From: Histomonas meleagridis 2922-C6/04-290x
Lineage: Eukaryota; Protista; Parabasalia
NCBI GenBank assembly: GCA_020184695.1
Contig: JAANOX010000047.1
Span: 186,001 to 250,000, forward strand
DNA length: 64,000 nucleotides
Reading direction: 5' to 3'
Part shown: positions 1 through 12,700 of the stretch, in pieces
How the letters are laid out: every line of letters begins with the position of its first letter
Numbering within the stretch: position 1 is the stretch's first letter
Position numbers and translations under genes: made by a program
Notes under the pieces: model-generated
What the model saw: only the letters and a program-made list of their open reading frames with translations
The model's database searches: none
What the model was told of the DNA's origin: nothing

Positions 1-131
1 TGTAGTTTTTTAGAATAGATTTTGATAAAATATGGAAAATTTACTATTTTAAGATCGAATTAATTCAAGTAAAAGATAAGAGTCATAAATTTAAAAAAAA
101 AAAATGTTATATTAAAAATGTTAATAAAATT

Positions 132-3100
132 TTATTTATTTTGATCATCAAAAAACGAATCCAAATCTCTTTGCAAAAACGGCTCCAAATTTTCTTTAAT
201 TTCGGCATACATTTGTGTTAACTTTAATATTTGAGTTGGTTTAAAATTATGCAAAATGTCCAACAAATATTTGGACAGTTCATTTCTTTGTTCGACCTTC
301 TTATCAAACAGTATAAGCGCGAGTTTGAAATTTGCGGGATCTACACATTTATCAGGTACATCCAAATTTTGGGGTATTACACCACTTTCGATAACTTCGA
401 TTATAGTTTTTGAAAGAGTACAATACCGGCTACGTAAAAGTCGATTAATCACAGATGTAAATAAAACCGATTCAGAAGCTTGATCTGGAAACAGTTGTAT
501 GAATATGATACTTTCGTCACCATCATAACTTAAATTCATGAATTTTGTTAAAATTTCATCGTTTATATATTGTCGAAGATTATCATCATATGATACTAGA
601 TATGAAGTCACACGCATAAAGTTAGTTAAGATCCTTTCGTCTGTAATATTTGTAAGGTTTTCCATGATTTTTGGGAAAATTGTTGACATTGAAAATGGTG
701 CAGAAAAACACATTTGCGGTAAAATATCAGAATATTCATTGAAGTATTCGATATAATCAAATCCTTTTAATATGTGTGATACGAACACATTGAATAATGT
801 ATTTTCTTCGATATATTTTGGCCGAATTAAATTCGGCTTTAGAATTCTTTGGTTTATATAATTAACGGTCACCGGGTCAGGGTTTTGTATCAATTTTTGA
901 ATTACATTTACGGTTTTGGCCCTAATTTCATCGTTATCATTAAACAACAAAAATTGAAGATTTTCATCCAAGAACTCAGGATTAAAAGAAGTGTTTTCAG
1001 TTTTAGGGACAAAGTTATTATAATTTGTTGGTAAGTTCTCCAATGAAGCTATTATATCTGGTTGAATAGCATTTGTATTCAATATTAACATCATGAAATA
1101 TTCTGAATGTTTAAATATATCTATTAAACGATTTATAACTTCTTGATCGAACAACATTGAAATTGGCTGAATGTAACCTTTAATCAGAACCAAATCCTTT
1201 AAAATTTTGAACACGGAATCACCTGCGCTTCTAATTTCATTTTTAATTAGTCGTAAGTCTTCTTTTGTTATATTTAATGAAATGTATTGTACCATTTGAG
1301 TTAATATGTCCACTTCATTCTCCCAATCGATTTCAAGGTTTTGAGCAGCATTCGATATAACTTGGAAAGCTAAAGAAACTGATTTTCGAGATGAATTATA
1401 ATTTAACATTTCCAATATTATCGAAGTTGGTAAAGAAGAATCATTAATTTGTTCTAACGCATATAATATTATTGATGTTATATTTGAATAAGCAAATTCT
1501 GATAATTTAATTAAACTTGAAAGTGATTTCCCAACGTTATCTTGTATATAATCAAAGAAATATTTACATGATTCATAAGATGTTAAAATATTTTGTGTTA
1601 AGAAATCTTTCCATTCATTAGATAATTCTTCATCAATTATCGCTATTTTGAAAAATACATTTATCGATAACGAAATTGTTTCATTGTTATGATATGTAAT
1701 TGATAAATTATGTATGAAATGAATGAAATGTCTCGAATAAAAGAAGATTGATGGCCAAGTTTTTGCGTTATCTTTGTTGATTGTCAATTCGAATTGTTGT
1801 GGGATTTCAATATAATCATTAGCTTGAAGATTAGATCTTCGATAAAATAACAAATAAGCTGTTGGTATATTTGAGTTATTTTTTGTTATTTCATTTGAGG
1901 GAATACCAAATGAACATTTCGGAATTTCAGAGATATCAAATGGTAATATTTGTGTGTCATCACATATAAACCAACCTTTGTTATCACCATTAACTATCGC
2001 AAAATAATGTCCACTTTCTGCATCACCTTCATGAACTACAATTGCTGATAATGTATATTCGAAATCAAATTGTTCGGATTCATTATCTTTACACAAGTCA
2101 TAAGATGTTAATTTCATTGGAAAACTAAATCGATGTACTAATTTGATACGTTCACCTGTACCTATACTATAATCATATCTTTGTAATTGTATTATTAAAT
2201 TATATGGCCATTTCTTTATACGGATTCGACGAAATGCTTTAACTTTTTCTTTGTTCTCTAATGTATAACCTCCTTCAATAATATCAGGCATGAAATAATT
2301 ATGTAATGATTCTGTTAAACATTTTAAGTTTTTAGTAGGTAATGAAATAGAATAAAATTGTTCTGAATGTGATGAATAAATATTTTCTTCATCTCGAATT
2401 GATATTTCTGTAACTCCTTCAAGTTCATCTTGAATATATTCTGTGTTTGTCGATTCTTGTAATATTCGATTAATTAAAAAATTCAAAAATTCATCAGCAT
2501 CTTGTTCAATATAAGCATCAAAATTAGGTATAGTTTCTACTAATGATTCAATCGAAATTGGGGCGCCCCGCGAGTATCTTAATTTCGAAAAAAATATTTG
2601 TAATTGCATTAAAAAAGGCGGTTCATTTTCATTCCAACTCATTAACAAATGAGAAATGAATGTTAATGTATTAAGTGATTGCATTAAAGCATTAATATAA
2701 CATGTGGTACCTAAGTTTACTATACCTATTCGACCTTTAGGGATAAAATCATCATTAATAATTAAATTAGTTGGAATTTCAGGTAAAAATTTCATTTGTT
2801 CTATTAAATAAGGAAATACTAAATCTGTTGTTAAGAATTTAAATGCTGCTTTACGTGCTGGCGCACTATAAATAAATGGATTTTGTGATGATGATACTGT
2901 AGGTGGTAAAGATATTCGATTATATGTTAATTTTATTGTTTCTTCATTTTTAGGTATTAAATTTAATAATGAAATAAATGTTTGATCAATAGAATATATA
3001 TCATATAAACCTTCAAATTGTGTTAAGTTTAAATAAAATGGTAAAAATAATTCTGATGAAATATTTAATGCATTAAAACATTTAAAAAATTGTTCTGAAC

Positions 3101-5801
3101 TTTCTCTATATTTAGGTTTAAGGACTTCATCAATTAATGTTAATAATATTTTTGGATCATTTTGATTTGTAAAAAATGGTAAAATTGAATTCCTTAAAAT
3201 TGGTGATTTACATTTTATAAAACAACTTTTTATTAGTTCTTTTGTAAATATTATATCATCACATTTAATATTTCTAATTCCTCTACTTAATAATATTATA
3301 TTATATTGATCAAATGAATTAATGACTGATTTAAATAATATATCAATGAAATAATTATTATCAAATTCAATGTTTTCTTTTAATGATGAAATTGCTAATG
3401 AAAACATTCGTAAAGAATTCGAAAATTGTAATGGATCTTCACATTGATTAAATAATAATTTTTGTAATTCAGTTTCAGGTTCAGGTAATTCAATCAATGG
3501 TATAAATAAGCGAATAATATTTATTATGATATCAGAAACAGAATTTTCTTCTTGTAATAAGTTATATAATAATATTATATAATTTGGATTTGATTTTATT
3601 GTATTTAAAAACAATGGTTGAATTTCGAAGTTTTGGATTTCATTTAAGTTATTTAAATTTAATTTAAGTTTAATTTCATCCGAATCTTGTGATATTATTG
3701 ATGATAATGGTGTTGAATAATTAATACGTCGTTCTTTTCCATCTTTTCCTTTAATGTATAAATTAATTCTTTCAATTGTTATATGCATTTTTTGTATTAT
3801 TTCATAATATAATCGTCGACATGTATGATAAGGATGTAAATAATAATCGAATTCAAACGTTGGCTTATTTTGTTGTTGAATCATAACTTTATATTTTATT
3901 CCATAATTTTCTTCATTATCAAAAAAATCAGCCTCGAATTGACAAGCTTTTTCTATCAAAAATATACAATTTTCTTTGTTTTCAGATGTCTCTAAGTTTT
4001 CAAATAAAGTTTTTGAGATGTTTTCAATGAATTTTTTATCATCATGTAATATTTCAAATATTAAATTCATGGACCATATTGAGAATCGTAATGGTACATT
4101 ATTTTGTATTAATTTAGGTAAAAGGTTTTTAAGTAATTTCATGTTTTGTGTTTTACGGATAATTGAGTCAAGAAACATTGGAAGTTCATTTGAAGCATTT
4201 GAAAAGTCCATTTTATTTAATTTTTTATATATTATTTTTTCTGGTATTGATTCTATTGATTTAAACCAATCTGAAATAATTGGCACAATAATTTTTAATT
4301 CTTCATTTTTTGTTACATCATTAAAATAATTTACAATGAGTTCGAAAAAGTTTAAAATTACATCTTGTGAATCAAATAAGTTTAAAATGTTTGTGAACTT
4401 CTTTAATATATTAAAGAATTGTGGATTCTGATCAGAGACTATTAAAAGTTTCTCAATGTATTCTTTAAACTCAGGTAAATTATATGAGTTTTTAAAGAAG
4501 TTACTTAATGCACCAAAATATGATAAATCTTCTGATTCCATTCTTTCTTGGATTAACCTCTTAGTTTTGGAATTAATTTGGAATTTGTTTTCTTCATTAT
4601 CATTGTTTTCATCATTTTCAAATGATTTTAATAAAGAATCAAATAATTTCGTGGATAAATTAGTATCATTAATAAGTCCAATACATTCGATGTATAATTT
4701 AGGTGAAACTATATCTTTTTCGAGTAGAAATTCGGCTAATTCTGTGGGTTCATTTGGTAGATTTGGTATTATTTTGGTTACAACTTCACATCTTACAATT
4801 AATGGCACATGAACTTTCGTCAAAATTATTGAAAGATCATTAATATCGAAAAATGAATTTTCGGAAATTTTAGGTAAAAAATCTATGATGGAATCAACTA
4901 ATTCAGAATTTGAATACTTTGATACATGTTCTAAAAAGATTGTTTTAATATCATCCCATGAATCTTTGAGTTCAATACCAGGCGTATCGGCAATTTGGAT
5001 GATGTTATTAACGGCGGTTAACTTTGATTGAATTGACCCATTTTTGGATAGTTTACATATTAATTTGACAATGTAATCTGGTGGCTCTGGAAGCATCTTA
5101 ATAAATTCAGTAAAAAATATTATAAAGGTATCATAATCTGATTCACACTTTTGAAGCGTTTTTAAAGATATTTCGGTGAATTCTTTGATGAGAAGAGAAT
5201 TGACTTTCTCGTTTAAATAGGTTTCAATGGTGCTATATATACGGAGTAAGTAGGCTTCTTGGCCTTGCGTTAAATGGTCCTTATGTTCATGCATGTAAAG
5301 AAAGATCTTGGTTTCAAATAATTTTTGTATGAAACCATTCCGAAGCTGGAATGTGGATTTGTCATGTTGTGAACTGAGATATTTCTTTTTGTTGCCTATG
5401 GATATTTCTTGAAACATTTGATTGACTTGATCTGGTTCAATTGGAATGGGGTCAAAATCCATAACTTCTCCTTGATATATTTCTAATTCATCTGACACAA
5501 CTTTAAGTAAGTTTTCATTAAGGTCTAACTTGATAATAAGTGATAAAAATGTTCCAAAAAAAGAAATGATTTGATTGATATTCTTACTAGTTGGTTTGTC
5601 AAGCTCAACAATTAGACTAAAAATTGTGGGTAGTGATTCGTGAATATATGTCTTGACATATGTTGGGATATTAGGAAAATCATTTAATAATAAGATATTA
5701 CTAATAGCCCCTTCCGCAAGTGAAATTGTTCCATCTATTTCACCAGCATATAAAGATTGTAGAATATCATCAACAGATGGAAGATGAAGGCTGGTTTTCA
5801 T
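132..5801 (-). CDS. Large ubiquitin C-terminal hydrolase (peptidase C19/USP, USP9/24/34-like architecture)
   Basis: 1889-aa ORF with Cys box GIVNLGTTCYINALMQ, QDADEFL and His box VVHEGDAESGHY...WFICDD; long helical flanks. Confidence 0.93.
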   Translation of the reverse strand: MKTSLHLPSVDDILQSLYAGEIDGTISLAEGAISNILLLNDFPNIPTYVKTYIHESLPTIFSLIVELDKPTSKNINQIISFFGTFLSLIIKLDLNENLLKVVSDELEIYQGEVMDFDPIPIEPDQVNQMFQEISIGNKKKYLSSQHDKSTFQLRNGFIQKLFETKIFLYMHEHKDHLTQGQEAYLLRIYSTIETYLNEKVNSLLIKEFTEISLKTLQKCESDYDTFIIFFTEFIKMLPEPPDYIVKLICKLSKNGSIQSKLTAVNNIIQIADTPGIELKDSWDDIKTIFLEHVSKYSNSELVDSIIDFLPKISENSFFDINDLSIILTKVHVPLIVRCEVVTKIIPNLPNEPTELAEFLLEKDIVSPKLYIECIGLINDTNLSTKLFDSLLKSFENDENNDNEENKFQINSKTKRLIQERMESEDLSYFGALSNFFKNSYNLPEFKEYIEKLLIVSDQNPQFFNILKKFTNILNLFDSQDVILNFFELIVNYFNDVTKNEELKIIVPIISDWFKSIESIPEKIIYKKLNKMDFSNASNELPMFLDSIIRKTQNMKLLKNLLPKLIQNNVPLRFSIWSMNLIFEILHDDKKFIENISKTLFENLETSENKENCIFLIEKACQFEADFFDNEENYGIKYKVMIQQQNKPTFEFDYYLHPYHTCRRLYYEIIQKMHITIERINLYIKGKDGKERRINYSTPLSSIISQDSDEIKLKLNLNNLNEIQNFEIQPLFLNTIKSNPNYIILLYNLLQEENSVSDIIINIIRLFIPLIELPEPETELQKLLFNQCEDPLQFSNSLRMFSLAISSLKENIEFDNNYFIDILFKSVINSFDQYNIILLSRGIRNIKCDDIIFTKELIKSCFIKCKSPILRNSILPFFTNQNDPKILLTLIDEVLKPKYRESSEQFFKCFNALNISSELFLPFYLNLTQFEGLYDIYSIDQTFISLLNLIPKNEETIKLTYNRISLPPTVSSSQNPFIYSAPARKAAFKFLTTDLVFPYLIEQMKFLPEIPTNLIINDDFIPKGRIGIVNLGTTCYINALMQSLNTLTFISHLLMSWNENEPPFLMQLQIFFSKLRYSRGAPISIESLVETIPNFDAYIEQDADEFLNFLINRILQESTNTEYIQDELEGVTEISIRDEENIYSSHSEQFYSISLPTKNLKCLTESLHNYFMPDIIEGGYTLENKEKVKAFRRIRIKKWPYNLIIQLQRYDYSIGTGERIKLVHRFSFPMKLTSYDLCKDNESEQFDFEYTLSAIVVHEGDAESGHYFAIVNGDNKGWFICDDTQILPFDISEIPKCSFGIPSNEITKNNSNIPTAYLLFYRRSNLQANDYIEIPQQFELTINKDNAKTWPSIFFYSRHFIHFIHNLSITYHNNETISLSINVFFKIAIIDEELSNEWKDFLTQNILTSYESCKYFFDYIQDNVGKSLSSLIKLSEFAYSNITSIILYALEQINDSSLPTSIILEMLNYNSSRKSVSLAFQVISNAAQNLEIDWENEVDILTQMVQYISLNITKEDLRLIKNEIRSAGDSVFKILKDLVLIKGYIQPISMLFDQEVINRLIDIFKHSEYFMMLILNTNAIQPDIIASLENLPTNYNNFVPKTENTSFNPEFLDENLQFLLFNDNDEIRAKTVNVIQKLIQNPDPVTVNYINQRILKPNLIRPKYIEENTLFNVFVSHILKGFDYIEYFNEYSDILPQMCFSAPFSMSTIFPKIMENLTNITDERILTNFMRVTSYLVSYDDNLRQYINDEILTKFMNLSYDGDESIIFIQLFPDQASESVLFTSVINRLLRSRYCTLSKTIIEVIESGVIPQNLDVPDKCVDPANFKLALILFDKKVEQRNELSKYLLDILHNFKPTQILKLTQMYAEIKENLEPFLQRDLDSFFDDQNK

Positions 5802-6213
5802 TGGAAGAATGTTTCTGAAATATATAAACGGTTAAATGAAATTTCTTGTCAAAACTTCTTGCTGAATCCTGAGCAAAACACTATTTTTACCTTGATTTTG
5901 AGATGCTGATGGGATGAATTTGGAAAAATGGTATTTTTATGAAAAAAAGCTTTAATCAATTGACGTTCAAAAATCATTTATAATAAAAACATGCATCAAA
6001 TATAAAAAGAAAGACAGTTGTAGCGAACTTTGAATTTGTATGAACACATGTTTTATTTTGGTTTCAACAATTTTTTTCCTGAAATATTGAAATGTGATAT
6101 GACGATCAATTTTATTATGAAAAAGTCACACAACAACGGTTGTTAGGCTCATTTTCGGAATTTGGTGACGCTCTGCGCCTTATTCAATAATAAAAAGTGA
6201 CGGCGATAACGTT

Positions 6214-6985
6214 ACATTAATTGATTATGCAACATTTTTTTTAGCAATTCAATGTTTTAAATATTTATTAATTAATAATGCCAAAGTCGAAAATACAGGT
6301 CAATATGCGGTTGCAGGTGAAAATTTTGAAATTATTCATTTATGTGAACAAAATCATTCAAACTTTAAAAAATCAATCGAAATATCTATTAAATATCATA
6401 ATAATCATAATAAAGACAAAAATAATACATTTTTAATATATTTGTGTATTAATAATCATAATTATGAAGTTCTATCATATTTATATGAAAATGGTTTGGT
6501 GAGAATAAATGAATCTATTCTTAAAGAAATCGCAAAAAATGGCAGCACTTATCCTAGCATGTAGATATGATCGTATAGAAATCGTTAAATTACTTCTTGA
6601 ACAAAAAGGAATTTATGTTAATGCACAAAATTTTTATATGAATTAATCGGAATTTATTGAAATAATTTAAAATATTTGAAACAGCACTTCATGTAGCATC
6701 ATGGAATGATTGTTTAGAAATCGTTAAATTACTTCTTGAACAAAAAGGAATTGATATAAATGTTAAAAATATTAATTTGATTTATATTATATTTCATTTA
6801 ATAATTTAAAATATAATTTAAATATTTGAAAATTCTTGTATATATTTGAAATCGCACTTATGATTGAATCTGAAATTGGTTACAAAGAAATAATTGATTT
6901 ATTAAATGATAAAGGAATTATTGAAAATGAGAATATTTCAACATCATATTCAAATAAACAGTGTTTTATTATAATAAATTTTTAA
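6214..6985 (+). pseudogene. 5'-truncated DUF3447/ankyrin remnant with spacer-separated ankyrin modules
   Basis: In-frame TLIDYATFFLAIQCFKYL...YAVAGENFEIIHLCEQN (compare the ORFs at 39 and 62 kb), then three ankyrin modules at 6542, 6681 and 6851 separated by 49- and 80-nt AT-rich spacers. Confidence 0.75.
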
Positions 6986-7197
6986 AACTAAAAATTAAAT
7001 CTAAGATAAAATTTTAATTGTGAAAATGTTCATATGATTTGATAAAAAGAAGAAAAATATCATCTTATTATTTCCAAACATCATTTGTAATTAAAATACA
7101 AAGGAATAGATAATTTGGATTTTTTGATGATAATATAAATTTTTTACTGTTTTTGGCTGATTTTTTTTCTTCGATTTGCAACAAGCATTTAGTTTTA

Positions 7198-7205
7198 AAC
7201 GGTTT
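7198..7205 (+). promoter_or_regulatory. M3-like (Myb-type) core promoter motif AACGGTTT
   Basis: Matches the Trichomonas M3 consensus RRCSGTTD just upstream of ATG 7214. Similar motifs precede the USP (5826-5833, minus), THADA (13587-13594, minus), FKBP (15264, 15294) and the 35685 ORF (35668-35675). Confidence 0.55.
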
Positions 7206-7213
7206 CCCAAAAA

Positions 7214-8554
7214 ATGAAAAGTGTTTACAAAAATGTTCCAAATAAATCAACACAACGATTCATACAAGTGAATAACATTGATAAAGTTGAAGAAGAAGGA
7301 TTTTTTTATCCCATTCAAAAAATGAAAGAAATATATTCAAAAGAAGATTTAATCAACATGATTCAGATAAGTTACCAACGAGAATTTGATATTCCACATA
7401 ATTTAACATGTATTCTTTTCGAACATTTAACGAAAGATGAAGATTTGAGCAATGTTCAAATTATTTTAGAATTCTTTTCAAGATTTACCACATTTTCTAA
7501 TACAATTTTCGAACGTCATATTCCAACTGAAAGTATTTTTATCTTTTCTAAATATATCGAAAAAGAACCGAAAACAATTTTAATCTTTAGTCATCTTCTT
7601 TCAAATTCAAGTCAATACATCCAAGTAATCAATCAACATAACATTATTGAACATATTTCAGAATATCTTTTTCAACGAAGTCCCAATTTTTATGAAGCAA
7701 GTTTAAATTTTTTTTCATCTCTTACTAAATATCCGATTTGTATCAATTATGATAAAACTTATGAAGAAATTTTAAAATTTTTTTATCACGAAGCGAACGA
7801 AGAATATAAAAAAGAAAGTTTAACTATTTATTATAAATATTTTAAAACTAATTTGAAGAACGACCAAATTTATGAACGATATCAACTTATTGAAGAATTA
7901 CTTGAATATAAAGAGAAAGAAAAATATTTAACGACAATTCTTAAAATTATTCATCGAATTTCATGTTTACGAAGTAAAAGAATTCGAAGAATATTAAATG
8001 ATATTAATCCAATTCCATTTTTATTTGAAATAATTCAAAACGAAACGAATTATCAAAACATGAAAATTACATTACGAACAATTTATAATTTTATTCGAAG
8101 TTTGCGACGAAAATTTGTTGAAACACTTCAAGAAAATGGAATTGTACAAATTCTTTTCGAACGAATTAAAACATTTCCATTTGAATTAATTCATGAAAGT
8201 ATTTTTATTCTTATTGAAATTGCAACTTATTCAGATGAAAAAGGTTTAAAACTCTTTTTCGAAGAAGATTTTATTTCGTTGTTAACATCATTTTATCCAT
8301 CAATGTCATTTGATTTGGTCGAAGATTTGTTTTATTGTTTTTCCAATCTTTTCGATTATCTTCATGAAAAAAATCAAGAAACTTTACAAGACGTTTTCTT
8401 TAATCCTGATTTCTTGAATTTCCTTGAAGAAGTTCCACCAAATTCTTCAACGCATTTCGAATATTTTTATTCAGTTGTTCAAAAATGTAAATTTGAATTC
8501 AATGGAATAACCGCCGCACGACGGTTTTTGCCGGTCCAAATATTTAACGTCTAA
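7214..8554 (+). CDS. Hypothetical ARM/HEAT-repeat-like helical protein
   Basis: 446-aa ORF with a repeated amphipathic helical pattern (e.g. LQENGIVQILFE); no diagnostic motif. Confidence 0.6.
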   Translation: MKSVYKNVPNKSTQRFIQVNNIDKVEEEGFFYPIQKMKEIYSKEDLINMIQISYQREFDIPHNLTCILFEHLTKDEDLSNVQIILEFFSRFTTFSNTIFERHIPTESIFIFSKYIEKEPKTILIFSHLLSNSSQYIQVINQHNIIEHISEYLFQRSPNFYEASLNFFSSLTKYPICINYDKTYEEILKFFYHEANEEYKKESLTIYYKYFKTNLKNDQIYERYQLIEELLEYKEKEKYLTTILKIIHRISCLRSKRIRRILNDINPIPFLFEIIQNETNYQNMKITLRTIYNFIRSLRRKFVETLQENGIVQILFERIKTFPFELIHESIFILIEIATYSDEKGLKLFFEEDFISLLTSFYPSMSFDLVEDLFYCFSNLFDYLHEKNQETLQDVFFNPDFLNFLEEVPPNSSTHFEYFYSVVQKCKFEFNGITAARRFLPVQIFNV

Positions 8555-8567
8555 AAGGATATTTTTA

Positions 8568-9218
8568 ATGAATATTGTCACACATGAAGATTGGGAAATT
8601 AAAACTTATGAAGGTATTAAATCTTATGTACCGAAAGAAGGGAGTGTTCCAAGTGAAGTTCGTCCAGGAGTTTATGAAGGAGAGGGTTTCAACTTTGGGA
8701 GTGTACTATTGATCTTCTTCGTTATCTTAAGAACATTAATTTTGAAGGCAAAAGTGTTTTTGAATTAGGATGTGGACGAGGTCTTCCAGGTATTTATTGT
8801 TCACTTCATGGATCACCAGAAGTTGTTCTTCAAGATTTTTAATCACGAAGTTCTTGAAGAGATTACACAGCCGAATGCGAAACTTAACGATTGTCCACGA
8901 AAATGTTATTACATTTTTCCAGCAGCTAAATGGGCGAGATGTTTCCACAAATATTTCCACCAGAAAAATTTGACATTGTTTTAGCATCAGAAACCATTTA
9001 TCGTAAGGAAGATCTTCCATCATTTGTTTCAGCATTTCGTCACTTAGTTAAGAAAGACGGCGTAGTTCTTGTTGCAGCGAAGCGAATGTATTTTGGACTT
9101 TCTGGAAGTGTTTTCGATTTGATTGATCTTATTAAGAGGAATTTTCATATGAACTTCATGAGAGTAAGATCAATCAGATGACAAGCGCGATATAATAATT
9201 ATTAAAAAGAAGAATTAA
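8568..9218 (+). pseudogene. METTL18: METTL18/Hpm1-like protein histidine methyltransferase, frameshifted in this sequence
   Basis: Joining frames gives PGVYEG-GFKLWECTIDLL, VFELGCGRGLPG, VLQDFNHEVL, FDIVLASETIY and AAKRMYFG. Frameshifts near 8680-8692, 8930 and 9160. Confidence 0.75.
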
Positions 9219-9744
9219 AATAAATAAATATATAAATAAAATTTATTATATTTATAGTTTTTTATTTATTTTCATTCCAAAGTGAGCACAGGTTTGGAAT
9301 CTTGAAAATGTTTGACGGAACCGTTAAATCAATTGAAAAAGTTATACGTTTAAAACGCGACATGATGTTTACAATAGGACGGAGTCAACTAACGATCCTC
9401 CTTAGAGAATTTCTTTTAAATATAGAGTTATATGCACAATCAATAATACTGATCAGGTTACCTTAAAAAACCTTCTAACACAATTATACAGCAAAATATT
9501 TATGTTTTTAATTGAAAAAGTTATACGTTTAAAACTCATCATGATGTTCACAATATAAGTTTTTCATGTAAAATAAATATTATATGATAAAATCATATCA
9601 AAAAAGAATCACTATTATTTGCATCAATTGCATTTTTATTCAAGAAATACAGCATTGTAGAACTGCCAATTGAATCCTTCAGAATTTGAATATGGAAGGA
9701 ATTAAATTAAATAAATAAAATTTATTATATTTATAATTTTTTAT

Positions 9745-12700
9745 TTATAATTTTTTTTTATTTTCATTCCAAAGTGAAATAATTTTTTGCCGAATTTCAA
9801 ACAGATTTAATGGCTCTTTCATTTCTTTCCGAAATTGTTGGAACATACCTGGATTACATAATTCTAAAATATAAAATTCATCGACAAAAAATGTTATTGG
9901 TTCACTAAATTGATATTTATTATTTCTTTCTTCAATCATTTGAATCAATTTATTAGAAATTTCATGTTTTTCTTCTTGTTTCATTTCTTTGATTAATATT
10001 TGAGACAAAAGAATTTCATTAATTTCAATTTGTAATGTTTTAATTGTTTGTAATCTTATTAAAGGAATATCATTTAAAATAAGAAATAATATAATTTGTT
10101 TTCCTTCTTGTGTTTGATATATTATATCAGAAATTAAAGAAAGACTATGATGAAGTGGGAAATATTCTTCTTTTTTATTAATTGATATTTCTTGAAATTC
10201 TTCAATCAAATCATCGATTTTTGGTTTATTAACAAATTTTAATAATAAAATTGCTAATGATTTCAAATAAATCGATTTTATATTTTTAATCATTTTATTA
10301 ATGAGTTCACAATTTTCCGTTTTAATGGAATTCGGTTTTAAATTTCGTATCAAAAATTTCATTCCTTCAATTGCATATGTTTTATTACATTGCAAAAGTG
10401 TTTCTCCTTCAATAAAATCATATAAAAGTTTATTAATTAGTTCGTTTGGAACATATTTTCGATTCCAATCTCGAATTGTTATTATTAATTCTCCAATTTC
10501 CATTTTATTCCATTCAATTGGTTTATCTTCAATATCCAAAATAAGTTTTTGTATAACTTTTGGTACTTTATTTAGTTGAATATTATGAACAAATTCTTTT
10601 TTAACATTTAAATTTCGAAGTTCATATAAAATCATTAAATAAAAATGTAAATCATTCATTTTTGTTTCGTTATTAACTTTTAATACAATTTCATCCCAAA
10701 AAGTTTCGAAATTTTCATTACAAATGTTTTTAAGTAATGCTCTAACAGCAATTCTACGAATTCTCGAAGACTTATTTGAAGAAAAACTTAAAATTAATTT
10801 AATAAGTTGAGGATCTTCTATATCAGATGTAAACATTGATAATAATAATAATACTAAATAAGAAGAATGTTGATTTGCTTTAGAAAGTGTTTTATAAAAA
10901 ATTTCTTTCGAATTATTAATTTTAGAAAAGAATTGTTGACGTGAAAGTGAATGGAATTGTGTTTGCCCAGTAAACATTTCCCAAATTTTATGTATAAGTC
11001 CTACATAAAGTAAATTAATTGCAGATATTACATCCCAAGAAGTATAAAATCGATCACAAACATCGAAAATTACATCGAAAAGTTTCGAAATTATTATTTC
11101 ATTTATTGGATTTTCTTTAATGATTGTTTTCAATGTATTTAATGAATTTGTAGCTTCATTTGGATTATTAGTATTTTTACATATAAACAAAAGAGCATTT
11201 GTAAGTTCTAAATATAACTCTTTATTAGATTTTATTAATGTGTTTGCAATATATGGAAGTCCGGCACTTCTCCGCATTTGTTTCATATCAAAATTACACA
11301 TAATCTCACAAAGCTTATCACAATATTCTTTAGGCTTATTCTTATATTCGGATATTTTAGAAAGATATCGAAGTAAACGCTCTAACGCAGGACATGAAGA
11401 ACAAATAAGTCCGACTTTCCGAGTTTGAAGAAGTGTATTAAATATTTTATCAGCACATTTCATAACAATTTCATTATTAATTTTCATTTTTGTACAAAGA
11501 TATGAAATAATTAAGAAAATTTCACTTTGAATTTCCCATTTATCAGTTTCATAATTTATATATTTATCGATAATATTCCCAGGCAAATCAAGTAAAACGT
11601 TTGAATTCTCAAGTAAAATACGAATTTCTTGAAATGATTTAAGGTCATTTTGATCATTTAATAGTTTTTCGTTAATAATTTGTGTTGAATTATTTGTATT
11701 TAATGTATCAAATGAATTTGAAATTGATGGAATATATTTAGATAATGAAATCAATGAATTCTTTAAACTTACTGACCCATCTTTCATAATACTTAAAAGA
11801 TTAATAATCGTTTGATTATCATTATCAATATTCGGAAATCGTTTATAAATTGATTTACATAAATTTAAACAAAATTGTCGCTTTAATGAATTTGTTGTCG
11901 GTAATAAATTTGGTGAAATAATGGAAAGAAGTGAAGAAAGAAAATTATTTATATCGATTTTTATATATTTCTTCTTTTGTTTATATATATTTTCGATTAA
12001 ATTATCAAACAAAATATTAATCTGTGAACAATGTTCTAATGATTCAATTGATAATAAAGAAGGAAATGAATCCAATAAAATTTTTACGTTTTCATTATTA
12101 TTTGGCAAGCCAACCAACACATAAACTTTAAAAAATTTTAAGCGTAAATCCCAATTAAATGATTGTGACGAATATTCAAGTTCTGCTTTTGTTAAATAAG
12201 AAGAAAATTGTTTTGGTGATGATATAACTGAATCAATAATTAATGAAACTTTACCTAATTCATTTGTTGGTAAATTTTGTAAACATATTTTTGGGATTTT
12301 ATTGTTGTTCATAAATATATTACTTAACGACAACAAATTTTCATAAGGATTTGATTCATTTAAAAGTTTAATGATTGTATTAGATATAATATTTTGAAGT
12401 GCTTCAGATTCATTTATAATTTTCATGCATTTTTGAACAAAAACTTTGTTCTGTGGATCTTGTGAAAAATATATGAAACTTTTCATCATCTCTTCATCAG
12501 AATATGGTAAAATTAATGGAAAGATAAACTTCTTCAAGCTTGAATACCATTGAAGATTTAGAATTTTTTCCTTAAAGATTAGCGATGATTGCTTTGAATC
12601 AAGCAAAAATAAATGTTCAATACATTTTTGCATAACGCTCTTTAAAATTGGTATCGATGAATCATAATCGCGAATTACAAACGTTGACAATAAATTCAAT

